From positions 53,008-73,007 of IMG/VR virus record IMGVR_UViG_3300021599_000853: DNA of 20,000 bases, one strand, 5' to 3'. The stretch comes from an uncultured virus (IMG/VR IMGVR_UViG_3300021599_000853). Its lineage: Duplodnaviria; Heunggongvirae; Uroviricota; Caudoviricetes. Of the stretch, positions 8,700 through 17,381 are shown piece after piece. Numbering within the stretch: the stretch's first letter is position 1; every line of letters begins with the position of its first letter. The translations under genes were made by a program, and so were the position numbers. Under the pieces are notes generated by a model, which ran no database searches, was not told where the DNA came from, and saw only the letters and a list, made by a program, of their open reading frames with translations.

Positions 8700-9953
8700 T
8701 TAATTTAATTGTCCTGTTATCCTTTCACACCAACCTTTTGATTCACTATGTGGCCAAACAACCCAATATTTTGGTTTATGTGAAGTCTGAAATTCCCTCC
8801 AAATTTTACAATATTTATCAGGATCATTTAACATTCTATTTATTTCAGATTTATCGGCATCTTTTCTAAATATTGTTTCGTCTTTGTCATTGTGAAATGC
8901 CACTACCCAAAAATCGTAATCTTTTTCAGGAACCTGATTGTAATTTATATCTATACAATGTTTAAATATTTTTGCAAAACTTTTCTTCCAATCTTCTTCA
9001 TTATCAAATTCGTATGGGTTTGGTGGATATTTTTTATCTAATGTGTGTTGTTGTACTGATCTTTCACTAAATAATAATCCGGTATACTTTTCATAATCTC
9101 TTAATGTTCTTTCATTACCAAACCCATATATTCCAAATTCTTCCGAATTAAAAATTTCACCATCCATACCAAACAATCTTCTGTTTTTTAGATGGGACCT
9201 TTTATTTTTATCTACCCAAGACCTATCATCATCCCATTGTTTTGTTCTACCCTTTCTTGTATATTCGTGCCAAATAACAACTCTATGTGGGTGAAATAAA
9301 TCATATCCATGTGTATATGCCCTTGCGGCAATTGATATTTCCTCACCGTGAAAATAAAATTCAGGATCATGTTGAACTTCTTTAGAAAACGAACCCAAAG
9401 TAAAACAAAAATGTGCAGAATAAAATCTAGCAGGTATCGGTTCATTTAAATCTCTCCAACCAGGAATTGTTTCAGGTAAAAAAAACACCGCTCCCTCTGG
9501 TATAAACCTATCAAAAACCATTCTCCAAGGATCTTTAACTCTACCATTTGGGTCATTATCTGGATCAAATGATGATACATATCCTGTTAATAGTGGTTTT
9601 TTATGTCCTTTATCCTGTAATTGTTTAATCATTCCGATTAACATCTCATCCCAGTCTTTTTCAAAACGCATATGGGAATCTATTTGTAATGTATACTCTT
9701 CCCCATCATATTGTTGTTGTGTTAAATTTCTAGCCCAACAAACACCTTTTGATTCTGTATACGGAATATCAATTACTTTAAATCTTTCATCTGTTTTAAA
9801 TTCAGATAGATCGTCAAAATTATCGTCTACATGGTATTGTCTCGCAATACTTAAACGTAAATTTTCAGGAAATTTTGAATTTTCCAACATGTTTTTTATT
9901 GTTGGAATTAATTGAGGGTCTCTGTAGGATGCAATTTGCACAAAAATTCTCAT
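8700..9953 (-). CDS. GT60-family (Pfam 'GlcNAc') polypeptide/hydroxyproline N-acetylglucosaminyltransferase-like protein
   Basis: IFVQIASYRD, SKGVCWAR, YDGEEYTLQIDSHMRF..DWD (DSH motif), FHGEE, ARAYTHGYDLFHP and VIWHEY.R match the signature order of Dictyostelium Gnt1/Gnt2 and trypanosome OGNT enzymes. Confidence 0.88.
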   Translation of the reverse strand: MRIFVQIASYRDPQLIPTIKNMLENSKFPENLRLSIARQYHVDDNFDDLSEFKTDERFKVIDIPYTESKGVCWARNLTQQQYDGEEYTLQIDSHMRFEKDWDEMLIGMIKQLQDKGHKKPLLTGYVSSFDPDNDPNGRVKDPWRMVFDRFIPEGAVFFLPETIPGWRDLNEPIPARFYSAHFCFTLGSFSKEVQHDPEFYFHGEEISIAARAYTHGYDLFHPHRVVIWHEYTRKGRTKQWDDDRSWVDKNKRSHLKNRRLFGMDGEIFNSEEFGIYGFGNERTLRDYEKYTGLLFSERSVQQHTLDKKYPPNPYEFDNEEDWKKSFAKIFKHCIDINYNQVPEKDYDFWVVAFHNDKDETIFRKDADKSEINRMLNDPDKYCKIWREFQTSHKPKYWVVWPHSESKGWCERITGQLN

Positions 9954-10008
9954 ATCTTTTTTTCAAAAAATACGAGAATTTAAATAATTGTGAATATTAA
10001 ATTATAAT

Positions 10009-10611
10009 TTATATTGCCAATTTTTTGATAAATAACCTTGTTGGTGAATCATTGGTTGACGATGGGAATGGTGTGTTTGTTGAAGGATTTATAGATACGG
10101 TATAAAATGTTGGTGTCGTTACTTGAATAATTATATTTCCATATATTATTTGATCCGCAGTTGTTTCAGCACTTTTAAAGTCTGAAATCATCGTACCTAC
10201 TGTCATTGAACCATTTGATGTGGTTGAACTGTTTAATCTAACTGTCACATCAATATTGTTGAATAAATCGAAAATATGTACACTTGAGATTATTTCATAA
10301 TACCCCGGTTCTTTAAAGTGTATTCTAGCTCCGGTATTACCCGTTTGACCCGAGTTTACCAATTCAAAAATACCAGTATTACTATTAAAAATGGTTGTAT
10401 TCCATCTTGGATAATTTTCGGTTGCGTTTGTTAAGTTTGCGTAGCCAGACCCAGCAATATTCTCCCAAGAAAATGCGGCGGCCCCACTATCTAAGAAAAC
10501 AGATTTAGTAACTTTGAAAGTTTCAGTTTCTCCACTATTATTCATTATTACATAAGAACCTGTTGTGTCTCCTGTAAATAAAGGTAATTGACTTATTTTA
10601 GTATTAGCCAT
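10009..10611 (-). CDS. Putative virion fibre/decoration protein: N-terminal KISQL motif + C1q/BclA-like beta-sandwich
   Basis: Starts MANTKISQLP, an N-terminus often seen on phage fibre proteins. The C-terminal pattern WNTTIFN...IHFKEPGYYEI...TRLFIKKL resembles C1q/BclA-C trimeric domains. Confidence 0.6.
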   Translation of the reverse strand: MANTKISQLPLFTGDTTGSYVIMNNSGETETFKVTKSVFLDSGAAAFSWENIAGSGYANLTNATENYPRWNTTIFNSNTGIFELVNSGQTGNTGARIHFKEPGYYEIISSVHIFDLFNNIDVTVRLNSSTTSNGSMTVGTMISDFKSAETTADQIIYGNIIIQVTTPTFYTVSINPSTNTPFPSSTNDSPTRLFIKKLAI

Positions 10612-10690
10612 GATCTTTTTTATTTATAAATATGTCGTTATTATGTTTTTTATTAAATATATATTATTTTGATTTAAAAATAAACAAATT

Positions 10691-11920
10691 TTAATCTATA
10701 GTTCCCACCTGCCAAAAAGTTTTCCCCGATAAAATAATTTTTTCATCAGAACTTTTACCCAAAACAATATGTGTTTCAGTTACACCCGTATTTGAATAGT
10801 TTACGGTTTGACCTGTCCACGGTGATATATTTATGGAATCTGCAACATCATCTATTCTATTTGCGTAACCATAATACGTTACACCACTAAGTAATCCTCC
10901 CGCAAAAACTAAACCGACAATTTTTCTTGTTCCCGAGAAATCTGCAACAAGAGCAGATCCAGAATCTCCACCATTTATTGGGAATGCACATATGGTACCG
11001 TTTGGTGTAGTACTTGCACTCGCAACAAATTGTATACACCTACCAAATTGTATTGTTGTATTATTTCCTTGTTTTAGATAGTTAATATTTATTGTTACGG
11101 GGTATGAATTTGTTAATAACTTCATTTCACCCTCACCTTTAGATCCTGTTGTTCTTCCTGCACTAAATAAATTATTTTTATTTGTTAACAAACCATCTAT
11201 TTCAGATGAACTCGCAAACTCTAATGGTTGAGTCCATCCTGTCACACCCTCCATTAAATAAGATGTGTTCACATCTATATCGGATGAATTAATTGTTGTT
11301 AATGCAACGTCCGCGTAATTTAATGTACCACCAGAAATTGTTTTGTATTTTTTTACAATACCAATTGAATTATTTAGACCGGAATTACCGACCTCATTTG
11401 GTTGTGTTACAAAATCATTAAGTATTGATGATATTGATCCTGTAGAACTTTTTTGTACATTTATAAATGCATCGGAAACTAAAACATGGTTATTTGATAC
11501 CCCAACTAATGAATTAGTATCGTTATCTACCGCTAAAAATCCTAGTGTACCTACAAATCCACTTAAATCACTATAATTTGTAACTGATATACCACATTTA
11601 AGTGGTCTTATTTTATTTCTATTAGATGGTGCTATAACTTGCCAATCATAAAAATCAACAGGACAATTTAATGGTTTTATTTCTAATTCAACCACATCTG
11701 TTTTAAATGTTTCTCCCGAATAAGTTATTGTGTTAGGGATTATATCTTTTTCGTCTATTTGTTCTAATGGTAATTTTTTAGAAACACTAAAAATTAATGA
11801 CTTTTCTGTTGTTAACAAACCGTTTGTAACTTTATACCCATATCCAACACCAATAACATTATCTGATGTTTCTGTTTGATATTTTGTCACTATCTCATCT
11901 AATAAACGTACATCTTCCAT
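10691..11920 (-). CDS. Trypsin-like serine protease (S1, Nal1-like) with N-terminal prodomain
   Basis: NVIGVGYGYK prodomain, GTLG, SNNHVL (His), ADVAL (Asp), GRTTG, GDSGSAL (Ser), VGLVFAG. The catalytic triad is intact. Confidence 0.9.
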   Translation of the reverse strand: MEDVRLLDEIVTKYQTETSDNVIGVGYGYKVTNGLLTTEKSLIFSVSKKLPLEQIDEKDIIPNTITYSGETFKTDVVELEIKPLNCPVDFYDWQVIAPSNRNKIRPLKCGISVTNYSDLSGFVGTLGFLAVDNDTNSLVGVSNNHVLVSDAFINVQKSSTGSISSILNDFVTQPNEVGNSGLNNSIGIVKKYKTISGGTLNYADVALTTINSSDIDVNTSYLMEGVTGWTQPLEFASSSEIDGLLTNKNNLFSAGRTTGSKGEGEMKLLTNSYPVTININYLKQGNNTTIQFGRCIQFVASASTTPNGTICAFPINGGDSGSALVADFSGTRKIVGLVFAGGLLSGVTYYGYANRIDDVADSINISPWTGQTVNYSNTGVTETHIVLGKSSDEKIILSGKTFWQVGTID

Positions 11921-11923
11921 ATT

Positions 11924-14776
11924 TTATAAATTTGGTATAAACATAAATAATGTATTTATTTGGTCTGGCGTATTACTTGGTGTTATTGTCGGTGTTACTG
12001 TGTTGGTTGGAGTGTTAGTTGGGGTTTCTGTTGGTGTTGGTGTTGGTATACATATATTTTCTTCACCTAATAATAAATCATCATTTTCGGCCAATAAATT
12101 ATCTGAATTCTCATTTAATAAGAATTGCTCACATATTATTGTTGGTGTAACTGTAGGTGTTGGTGTTTGACTTAATCCTGGCGTTTCACTCACCGTTGGT
12201 GTAACTGTTGGAGTTACCGATTCGGTTGGTGTGACTGTTGGTGTAACACTTTCAGTTGGAGTTACTGTTGGTGTAACACTTTCAGTAGGAGTATTGGTTG
12301 GTGTATTAGTCGGTGTAACCGTTGGAGTTTCCGTTGGTGTTACTGTACTAGTTGGAGTGTTAGTCGGTGTTTCTGTAGGTGTATTGGTAGGTGTTGGTGT
12401 TGGTATACATATATTTTCTTCACCTAATAATAAATCATCATTTTCAGTTAATAAATAATCATTGTTTTCTGATAATAAGAATTGTTCACATATTATCGTC
12501 GGAGTTACTGTTGGTGTTGGAGTTTGACTTAATCCCGGTGTTGGTGTTGGGGTTTCAGTTGGTGTTACTGTTGGAGTTTCGGTTGGTGTAGGTGTAACAC
12601 TTTCGGTAGGAGTATTGGTTGGTGTATTAGTCGGCGTCTCAGTTGGTGTAACTGTTGGTGTAACTGTGGAAGTATTTGTAGGTGTGTTAGTAGGAGTATT
12701 GGTCGGGGTAACCGTATTTGTAGGTGTATTTGTAGGTGTATTTGTAGGTGTATTGGTAGGCGTATTGGTAGGTGTATTGGTAGGCGTATTGGTAGGTGTA
12801 ACCGTGTTGGTAGGCGTATTGGTAGGTGTAACCGTGTTGGTAGGCGTATTGGTAGGTGTAACCGTTGGTGTTGGTGTTGTAGTTGGTGTAACCGTTGGTG
12901 TTGGTGTTGTAGTTGGTGTCGGTGCGGGTATCGCTCCCAATATTCCCCATAATAAATTTGTTCTAAATTCTGCTCCTGTAAATGTTAATGTTATTTCAGA
13001 ATGTGTACCAGGAATAGTCACAACACCATATGCCTCATTTCCTGATATTCTTCTATTAAATGTATCAATAATTAATCCAACATTACATGTTGCAATACAA
13101 GGTTCAAAATTTTCAATATTTTTATTTACAGTAAACGATTGTAATATTGATGGTGAACCTAATGACCAAACACCTAATAACGCATCTGTAATTGCTGGAG
13201 AGAAATTAAAGACCATTTGATTTGGTCCTTGTACATAATATGTAACACCAGTATTTGGTTGTGTCACATTTTGACAAAATAAACATTCTGAAAATTGTGC
13301 ATTTTCGACACCTATTGTCCCTACCCCACTATAACTTAATGTGACATCATAAAAATCGGTTAACGTTGTTATACTACCACCCGTTATTTCACCACTTTGT
13401 ATTAATTCCCAAACAATGTTTTCTATAGTTACAGATGGTGATGGTGTTGGTGTCGGAGTCGGATCAATACATGTATTTATTTCTGAAGCCAACAATAAAC
13501 CATTTTCTGTAGTTATATTTAAATTATTTTCAGTTGTAAACTCAATTGAACAATCTGGTGTAACTGTTGGTGTAACCGTAGGTGTAATAGTTGGTGTTAC
13601 ACTTTCAGTAGGTGTAATAGTTGGTGTAACACTTTCAGTTGGAGTTACCGTTGGTGTTATAGTAAGTGTAACAGTATTAGTCGGGGTAACTGTTGGGGTT
13701 ATTGTATTGGTGGGTGTAACAGTATTAGTCGGAGTAACTGTTGGAGTAATAGTTGGTGTTGGTGTTAATGTTATAATTGGGGTCGGTGTTGGTGTTAATG
13801 TTATAATTGGGGTCGGTGTTGGTGTTGGAGATAATAATGGTGTAAGTATGGATACACAGTCGTCACCACAAATTTCAAAATCATAATTGTTTAATCTTGT
13901 TAAGAAATTATGTCTAACATTTACAAAATTTAATGGTTCTTCATAATATTTTATTGATTTTATATCAAATGAACTAACACCTTCATGTATATTGTTCATC
14001 AATCCCGTTCCACCTCCCCAAGATAAAATAAAAGGTTGTAATCCTCTATCTGATGGTATTATTTCTTCAAAATTTTTTACTTTATGTATTAATCTACCAT
14101 TTAAATAAAATTTTAACACACCCAATCTATCATTTCTTTCATTTGCCCATTTTTTATTTAATGTTTCAACATATGAGTAGGTTGGTGTTTCTCCAGTTAA
14201 AATATTTAAAGGATTATTATTTAATGTTTGTCCCGTTATTAAATCATGCCATCCACCATCATTTTTTAAATCACAATCCGTTAATCTTTTATATCTGTCA
14301 AATACTATGGTTATATTAAAATCTTTTGTTGGGTCGGTAACACATAGTGTCGGAGTTTCTCCTGATGAAACATAAAATGTTTCGGTAAAACCACTATTTG
14401 AAAAACAAAAACCAGAATAATGTGTTGTAGAATATTTTATTCTACCATCTTGTGTAAACTTAAAAGATAAATTATTATCGGCATAATCATATAAATCATC
14501 GTCCCCCCTAACACCAATATAATAAAATGTATTTCCGGAAATCCAAGGATAATTATTTCTATTAAAAATAAAATCCAAAGACCAACCTTTTTCAGGTCTT
14601 CTATTTATTATTTCGGAACAATTATCAACACCACTACCTGTATCAAATTTGTATGCCCAAGGTTTTGCATTTAATTTTGGTGATTGGATACAACAATTAT
14701 TTGGATCGTCTAATAAATTTACACAATCAGTATAGTTTGATGAAAATCCAGATAATAAAATATTGTCGATTGGCAT
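11924..14776 (-). CDS. Mucin-like Thr/Pro-rich putative virion protein (LamG/ConA-like N-terminal domain, PT tracts, internal beta domain, 3 Cys-bounded modules)
   Basis: 950-aa ORF. The N-terminal ~310 aa ([27 protein letters not shown]) suggest a LamG-like fold, followed by long TPT repeats. TATTTAT motif 12 nt upstream. Confidence 0.75.
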   Translation of the reverse strand: MPIDNILLSGFSSNYTDCVNLLDDPNNCCIQSPKLNAKPWAYKFDTGSGVDNCSEIINRRPEKGWSLDFIFNRNNYPWISGNTFYYIGVRGDDDLYDYADNNLSFKFTQDGRIKYSTTHYSGFCFSNSGFTETFYVSSGETPTLCVTDPTKDFNITIVFDRYKRLTDCDLKNDGGWHDLITGQTLNNNPLNILTGETPTYSYVETLNKKWANERNDRLGVLKFYLNGRLIHKVKNFEEIIPSDRGLQPFILSWGGGTGLMNNIHEGVSSFDIKSIKYYEEPLNFVNVRHNFLTRLNNYDFEICGDDCVSILTPLLSPTPTPTPIITLTPTPTPIITLTPTPTITPTVTPTNTVTPTNTITPTVTPTNTVTLTITPTVTPTESVTPTITPTESVTPTITPTVTPTVTPDCSIEFTTENNLNITTENGLLLASEINTCIDPTPTPTPSPSVTIENIVWELIQSGEITGGSITTLTDFYDVTLSYSGVGTIGVENAQFSECLFCQNVTQPNTGVTYYVQGPNQMVFNFSPAITDALLGVWSLGSPSILQSFTVNKNIENFEPCIATCNVGLIIDTFNRRISGNEAYGVVTIPGTHSEITLTFTGAEFRTNLLWGILGAIPAPTPTTTPTPTVTPTTTPTPTVTPTNTPTNTVTPTNTPTNTVTPTNTPTNTPTNTPTNTPTNTPTNTPTNTVTPTNTPTNTPTNTSTVTPTVTPTETPTNTPTNTPTESVTPTPTETPTVTPTETPTPTPGLSQTPTPTVTPTIICEQFLLSENNDYLLTENDDLLLGEENICIPTPTPTNTPTETPTNTPTSTVTPTETPTVTPTNTPTNTPTESVTPTVTPTESVTPTVTPTESVTPTVTPTVSETPGLSQTPTPTVTPTIICEQFLLNENSDNLLAENDDLLLGEENICIPTPTPTETPTNTPTNTVTPTITPSNTPDQINTLFMFIPNL
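11970..13830 (-). repeat. Thr/Pro (PT) coding repeat tracts of the 950-aa protein
   Basis: G/T-rich low-complexity plus strand at approximately 11970-12049, 12134-12406, 12491-12930 and 13553-13830. Includes perfect 30-bp units (e.g. 12781-12864, 13755-13826). Confidence 0.9.
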
Positions 14777-15906
14777 TAAATTTTAATTATAAATAATCAT
14801 AAATCATAATAATATCACATTTACGTACAAACATTTTGTTCTGTAATAATTAAATTACTGTTTTCTGATGTTATATTATCATTAGATTCCGTTAATATAT
14901 ATATCTCACATATTGATGTTGGTGTTGGTGTTGTTGTTTCAGTTGGTGTCGGAGTTGGTGAACCACCAAGTGTCTCAGTTGGTGTAACCGTTGGTGTCAT
15001 TGTTGGTGTTTCTGTAGGCGTAACTGTTGGTGTTACCGATTCAGTTGGTGTGACTGTTGGTGTATTTGTGGGGGTCCCAGTTGGTGTTTCTGTAGGTGTA
15101 ATAGTCGGTGTGTTAGTTGGAGTATTGGTTGGTGTTACAGTTGGAGTCTCAGTTGGAGTCTCAGTTGGTGTGGTCGTAGTGGTGTTAGTCGGAGTATTAG
15201 TAGGAGTTACGGTTGGGGTTTCTGTTGGTGTATTAGTCGGAGTTGGGGTTGGAACACAAATATTTTCCTCACCCAATAAGAAATTGGAATTTTCGTCTAA
15301 TATAAAGTCTAAATTCTCAGTCAATATAAATTGTTCACATATTATTGTAGGTGTTACGGTAACCGTTGGAGTATTTGTTGGTGTTTCGGTTAGTGTCGGT
15401 GTATTAGTAGGCGTTTCTGTTGGTGTTGGTGTAGATGATCCACCCGGTGTTTCACTTGGTGTCATTGTTGGTGTTTCTGTAGGTGTAACTGTTGGAGTCT
15501 CGGTAGGTGTAACCGATTCAGTTGGTGTTACGGTTGGTGTTTCGGTAGGTGTAACCGATTCAGTTGGTGTAGTGGTTGGAGTATTAGTAGGAGTTTCAGT
15601 ATTGGTTGGTGTTACGGTTGGAGTCTCGGTAGGTGTTTCAGTTGGTGTTACACTTTCAGTTGGTGTAATAGTCGGTGTATTAGTTGGTGTATTGGTTGGT
15701 GTTACAGTTGGAGTCTCAGTTGGAGTAACTGTACTTGTGGGTGTTACAGTTGGAGTTTCGGTTGGTGTAGGTGTATTAGTAGGGGTATTTGTTGGAGTTT
15801 CAGTTGGTGTAGGAGTTGGTACACAAATATTTTCTTCACCTAAAATAAAGTCATTATTCTCTGTTAATAAATTATTTAAATTTTCATCTAACAAGAATTG
15901 TTCACA
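12050..15906 (-). repeat. Six dispersed 84-nt modules encoding C-x26-C with Glu at positions 8, 16 and 24
   Basis: Copies at 12050-12133, 12407-12490, 13469-13552, 14827-14910, 15256-15339 and 15823-15906, e.g. [28 protein letters not shown]. Confidence 0.93.
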
Positions 15907-17328
15907 TATAAAAGTAGGTGTTACAGTTTGAGTCGGTGTGTTAGTAGGTGTTTCAGTTGGGGTATCTGTTATTGTTGGTGTAACAGATTCGGTTGGTGTA
16001 TTAGTTGGCGTTTCTGTCGGTGTAACTGTAGGTGTAACTGTCGGTGTAACAGATTCGGTTGGTGTATTAGTTGGCGTTTCTGTTGGTGTAACTGTATTAG
16101 TTGGGGTCACACTTTCAGTTGGCGTGTTAGTCGGAGTATTTGTTGGTGTTTCGGTTAGTGTAACTGTATTAGTTGGGGTGTTAGTCGGTGTGTTGGTTGG
16201 GGTTTCTGTTACTGTTGGGGTTACACTTTCAGTAGGAGTAACTGTTGGAGTAACCGTAGGTGTAACAGTAGGCGTATTGGTTGGTGTTTCTGTATTAGTA
16301 GGTGTTGGAGTTGATGATAATCCTGGAGTCTCGGTAGGAGTTTCAGTTGGTGTTACGGTTGGAGTATTAGTTGGTGTATTAGTTGGAGTATTGGTTGGTG
16401 TTACAGTTGGAGTCTCAGTTGGAGTATTAGTTGGTGTATTAGTTGGAGTTGATGTTACACTTTCAGTTGGTGTATTAGTTGGAGTTTCTGTTGGTGTTGG
16501 TGTAGATGATGAATCGGGAGTATTTGTTGGTGTCTCAGTTGGAGTATTGGTTGGAGTATTGGTTGGAGTATTTGTTGGAGTATTGGTTGGAGTTGGTGTC
16601 GGGAACAAATATATTGTATCACCAAATATTGTTGTTGATAACAAATTAGTTGTAGATGCGGTTGCAGTTAACGAATGACCACTTGCGTTTAAATCGAAAA
16701 AATTATATTGGGGTAAGTTAATATTTAAATAACTTATTTTTTCTCCTAAGTTAAGTGTTATTCCACTGTTAATTGTTATTGTCCCTCCAGTTAAAAAATT
16801 TAAAGTTTGAATAAAAGAAACATTTATATTTTCTTTGGCTATCTTATCTGACTCTAATGTATAAATTAAATTTATTGATCCTGAACTAATAACTGAACTT
16901 AATGATAATTGTATAGGTATTGATTCGTTAAAAGAACATATTCTAAAATAATGTGTTTCATTTGAAATACCGTTATATGTGTATATATGGTTATTTAGTA
17001 TTATATTAGAATATGTATAAGCGGTTGTACTAAAATGTGAAATAAAATCGTCATAATAAAAAACAACACTTAAACCAGAATATATGTAATTGGGGTCATT
17101 TACCGTGTTATCAACTTCACATAATGTTATTGTGTTTCTATAATGTGTAAGACCTGTTAAAGTGTCGTCAATTTTAAGTGACGAATATGTTATGGGTGTA
17201 GATAAATCTAATACATCGTTATTGTAATCCAATTGAGTTTTTGATAGTTCATAATCGTAATATTCCGAACTATCTAGTCTAACATCCAGTTTAGACCCAA
17301 AAAACTTTAAAATATTCTGACTGTTCAT
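14821..17328 (-). CDS. Mucin-like Thr/Pro-rich putative virion protein (N-terminal globular region, long PT tracts, 3 Cys-bounded modules)
   Basis: The ORF track gives 17355 as start. The second ATG at 17328 ([11 protein letters not shown]) lies 7 nt downstream of a GATATTTAT motif and is the more likely start. More than half of the protein is TPT/TET/TNT repeat. Confidence 0.8.
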   Translation of the reverse strand: MNSQNILKFFGSKLDVRLDSSEYYDYELSKTQLDYNNDVLDLSTPITYSSLKIDDTLTGLTHYRNTITLCEVDNTVNDPNYIYSGLSVVFYYDDFISHFSTTAYTYSNIILNNHIYTYNGISNETHYFRICSFNESIPIQLSLSSVISSGSINLIYTLESDKIAKENINVSFIQTLNFLTGGTITINSGITLNLGEKISYLNINLPQYNFFDLNASGHSLTATASTTNLLSTTIFGDTIYLFPTPTPTNTPTNTPTNTPTNTPTETPTNTPDSSSTPTPTETPTNTPTESVTSTPTNTPTNTPTETPTVTPTNTPTNTPTNTPTVTPTETPTETPGLSSTPTPTNTETPTNTPTVTPTVTPTVTPTESVTPTVTETPTNTPTNTPTNTVTLTETPTNTPTNTPTESVTPTNTVTPTETPTNTPTESVTPTVTPTVTPTETPTNTPTESVTPTITDTPTETPTNTPTQTVTPTFICEQFLLDENLNNLLTENNDFILGEENICVPTPTPTETPTNTPTNTPTPTETPTVTPTSTVTPTETPTVTPTNTPTNTPTITPTESVTPTETPTETPTVTPTNTETPTNTPTTTPTESVTPTETPTVTPTESVTPTETPTVTPTETPTMTPSETPGGSSTPTPTETPTNTPTLTETPTNTPTVTVTPTIICEQFILTENLDFILDENSNFLLGEENICVPTPTPTNTPTETPTVTPTNTPTNTTTTTPTETPTETPTVTPTNTPTNTPTITPTETPTGTPTNTPTVTPTESVTPTVTPTETPTMTPTVTPTETLGGSPTPTPTETTTPTPTSICEIYILTESNDNITSENSNLIITEQNVCT
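14911..16602 (-). repeat. Thr/Pro (PT) coding repeat tracts of the second mucin-like protein
   Basis: Tracts at 14911-15255, 15340-15822 and 15907-16602, separated by 84-nt Cys modules. Confidence 0.9.
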
Positions 17329-17335
17329 ATTTTTA

Positions 17336-17366
17336 ATAAATATCTTTCGAAACATTTGATATTTAT
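17336..17366. promoter_or_regulatory. Divergent pair of GATATTTAT motifs (candidate phage late promoters)
   Basis: ATAAATATC (17336-17344) and GATATTTAT (17358-17366) form a 9-bp inverted repeat, each pointing into an adjacent ATG. The same TATTTAT core precedes the genes starting at 2188, 2646, 10611 and 14776. Confidence 0.6.
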
Positions 17367-17381
17367 ATAAAAATAGTATTA

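Noticed and set aside
2673..9953. GT/MTase cluster as a DNA hypermodification system because it lies near polB
   Set aside because: No base hydroxymethylase or T4-type DNA glucosyltransferase motifs were recognised, and GT60, HtrL and TylF point to protein or surface glycans. Less likely, but not formally excluded.
2522..11576. Short ORFs at 2522, 4577, 5600, 5946, 7026, 7460, 7855, 9212 and 11343
   Set aside because: All lie within or largely overlap longer genes with clear family motifs and have no independent support.
12231..16678. Plus-strand Val/Gly-rich ORFs (12231, 12615, 13416, 15050, 15938) and alternate-frame ORFs (12391, 12687, 14053, 15898)
   Set aside because: They are antisense or out-of-frame shadows of the Thr/Pro repeat genes: ACN/CCN codons read as V/G on the other strand and contain few stops.
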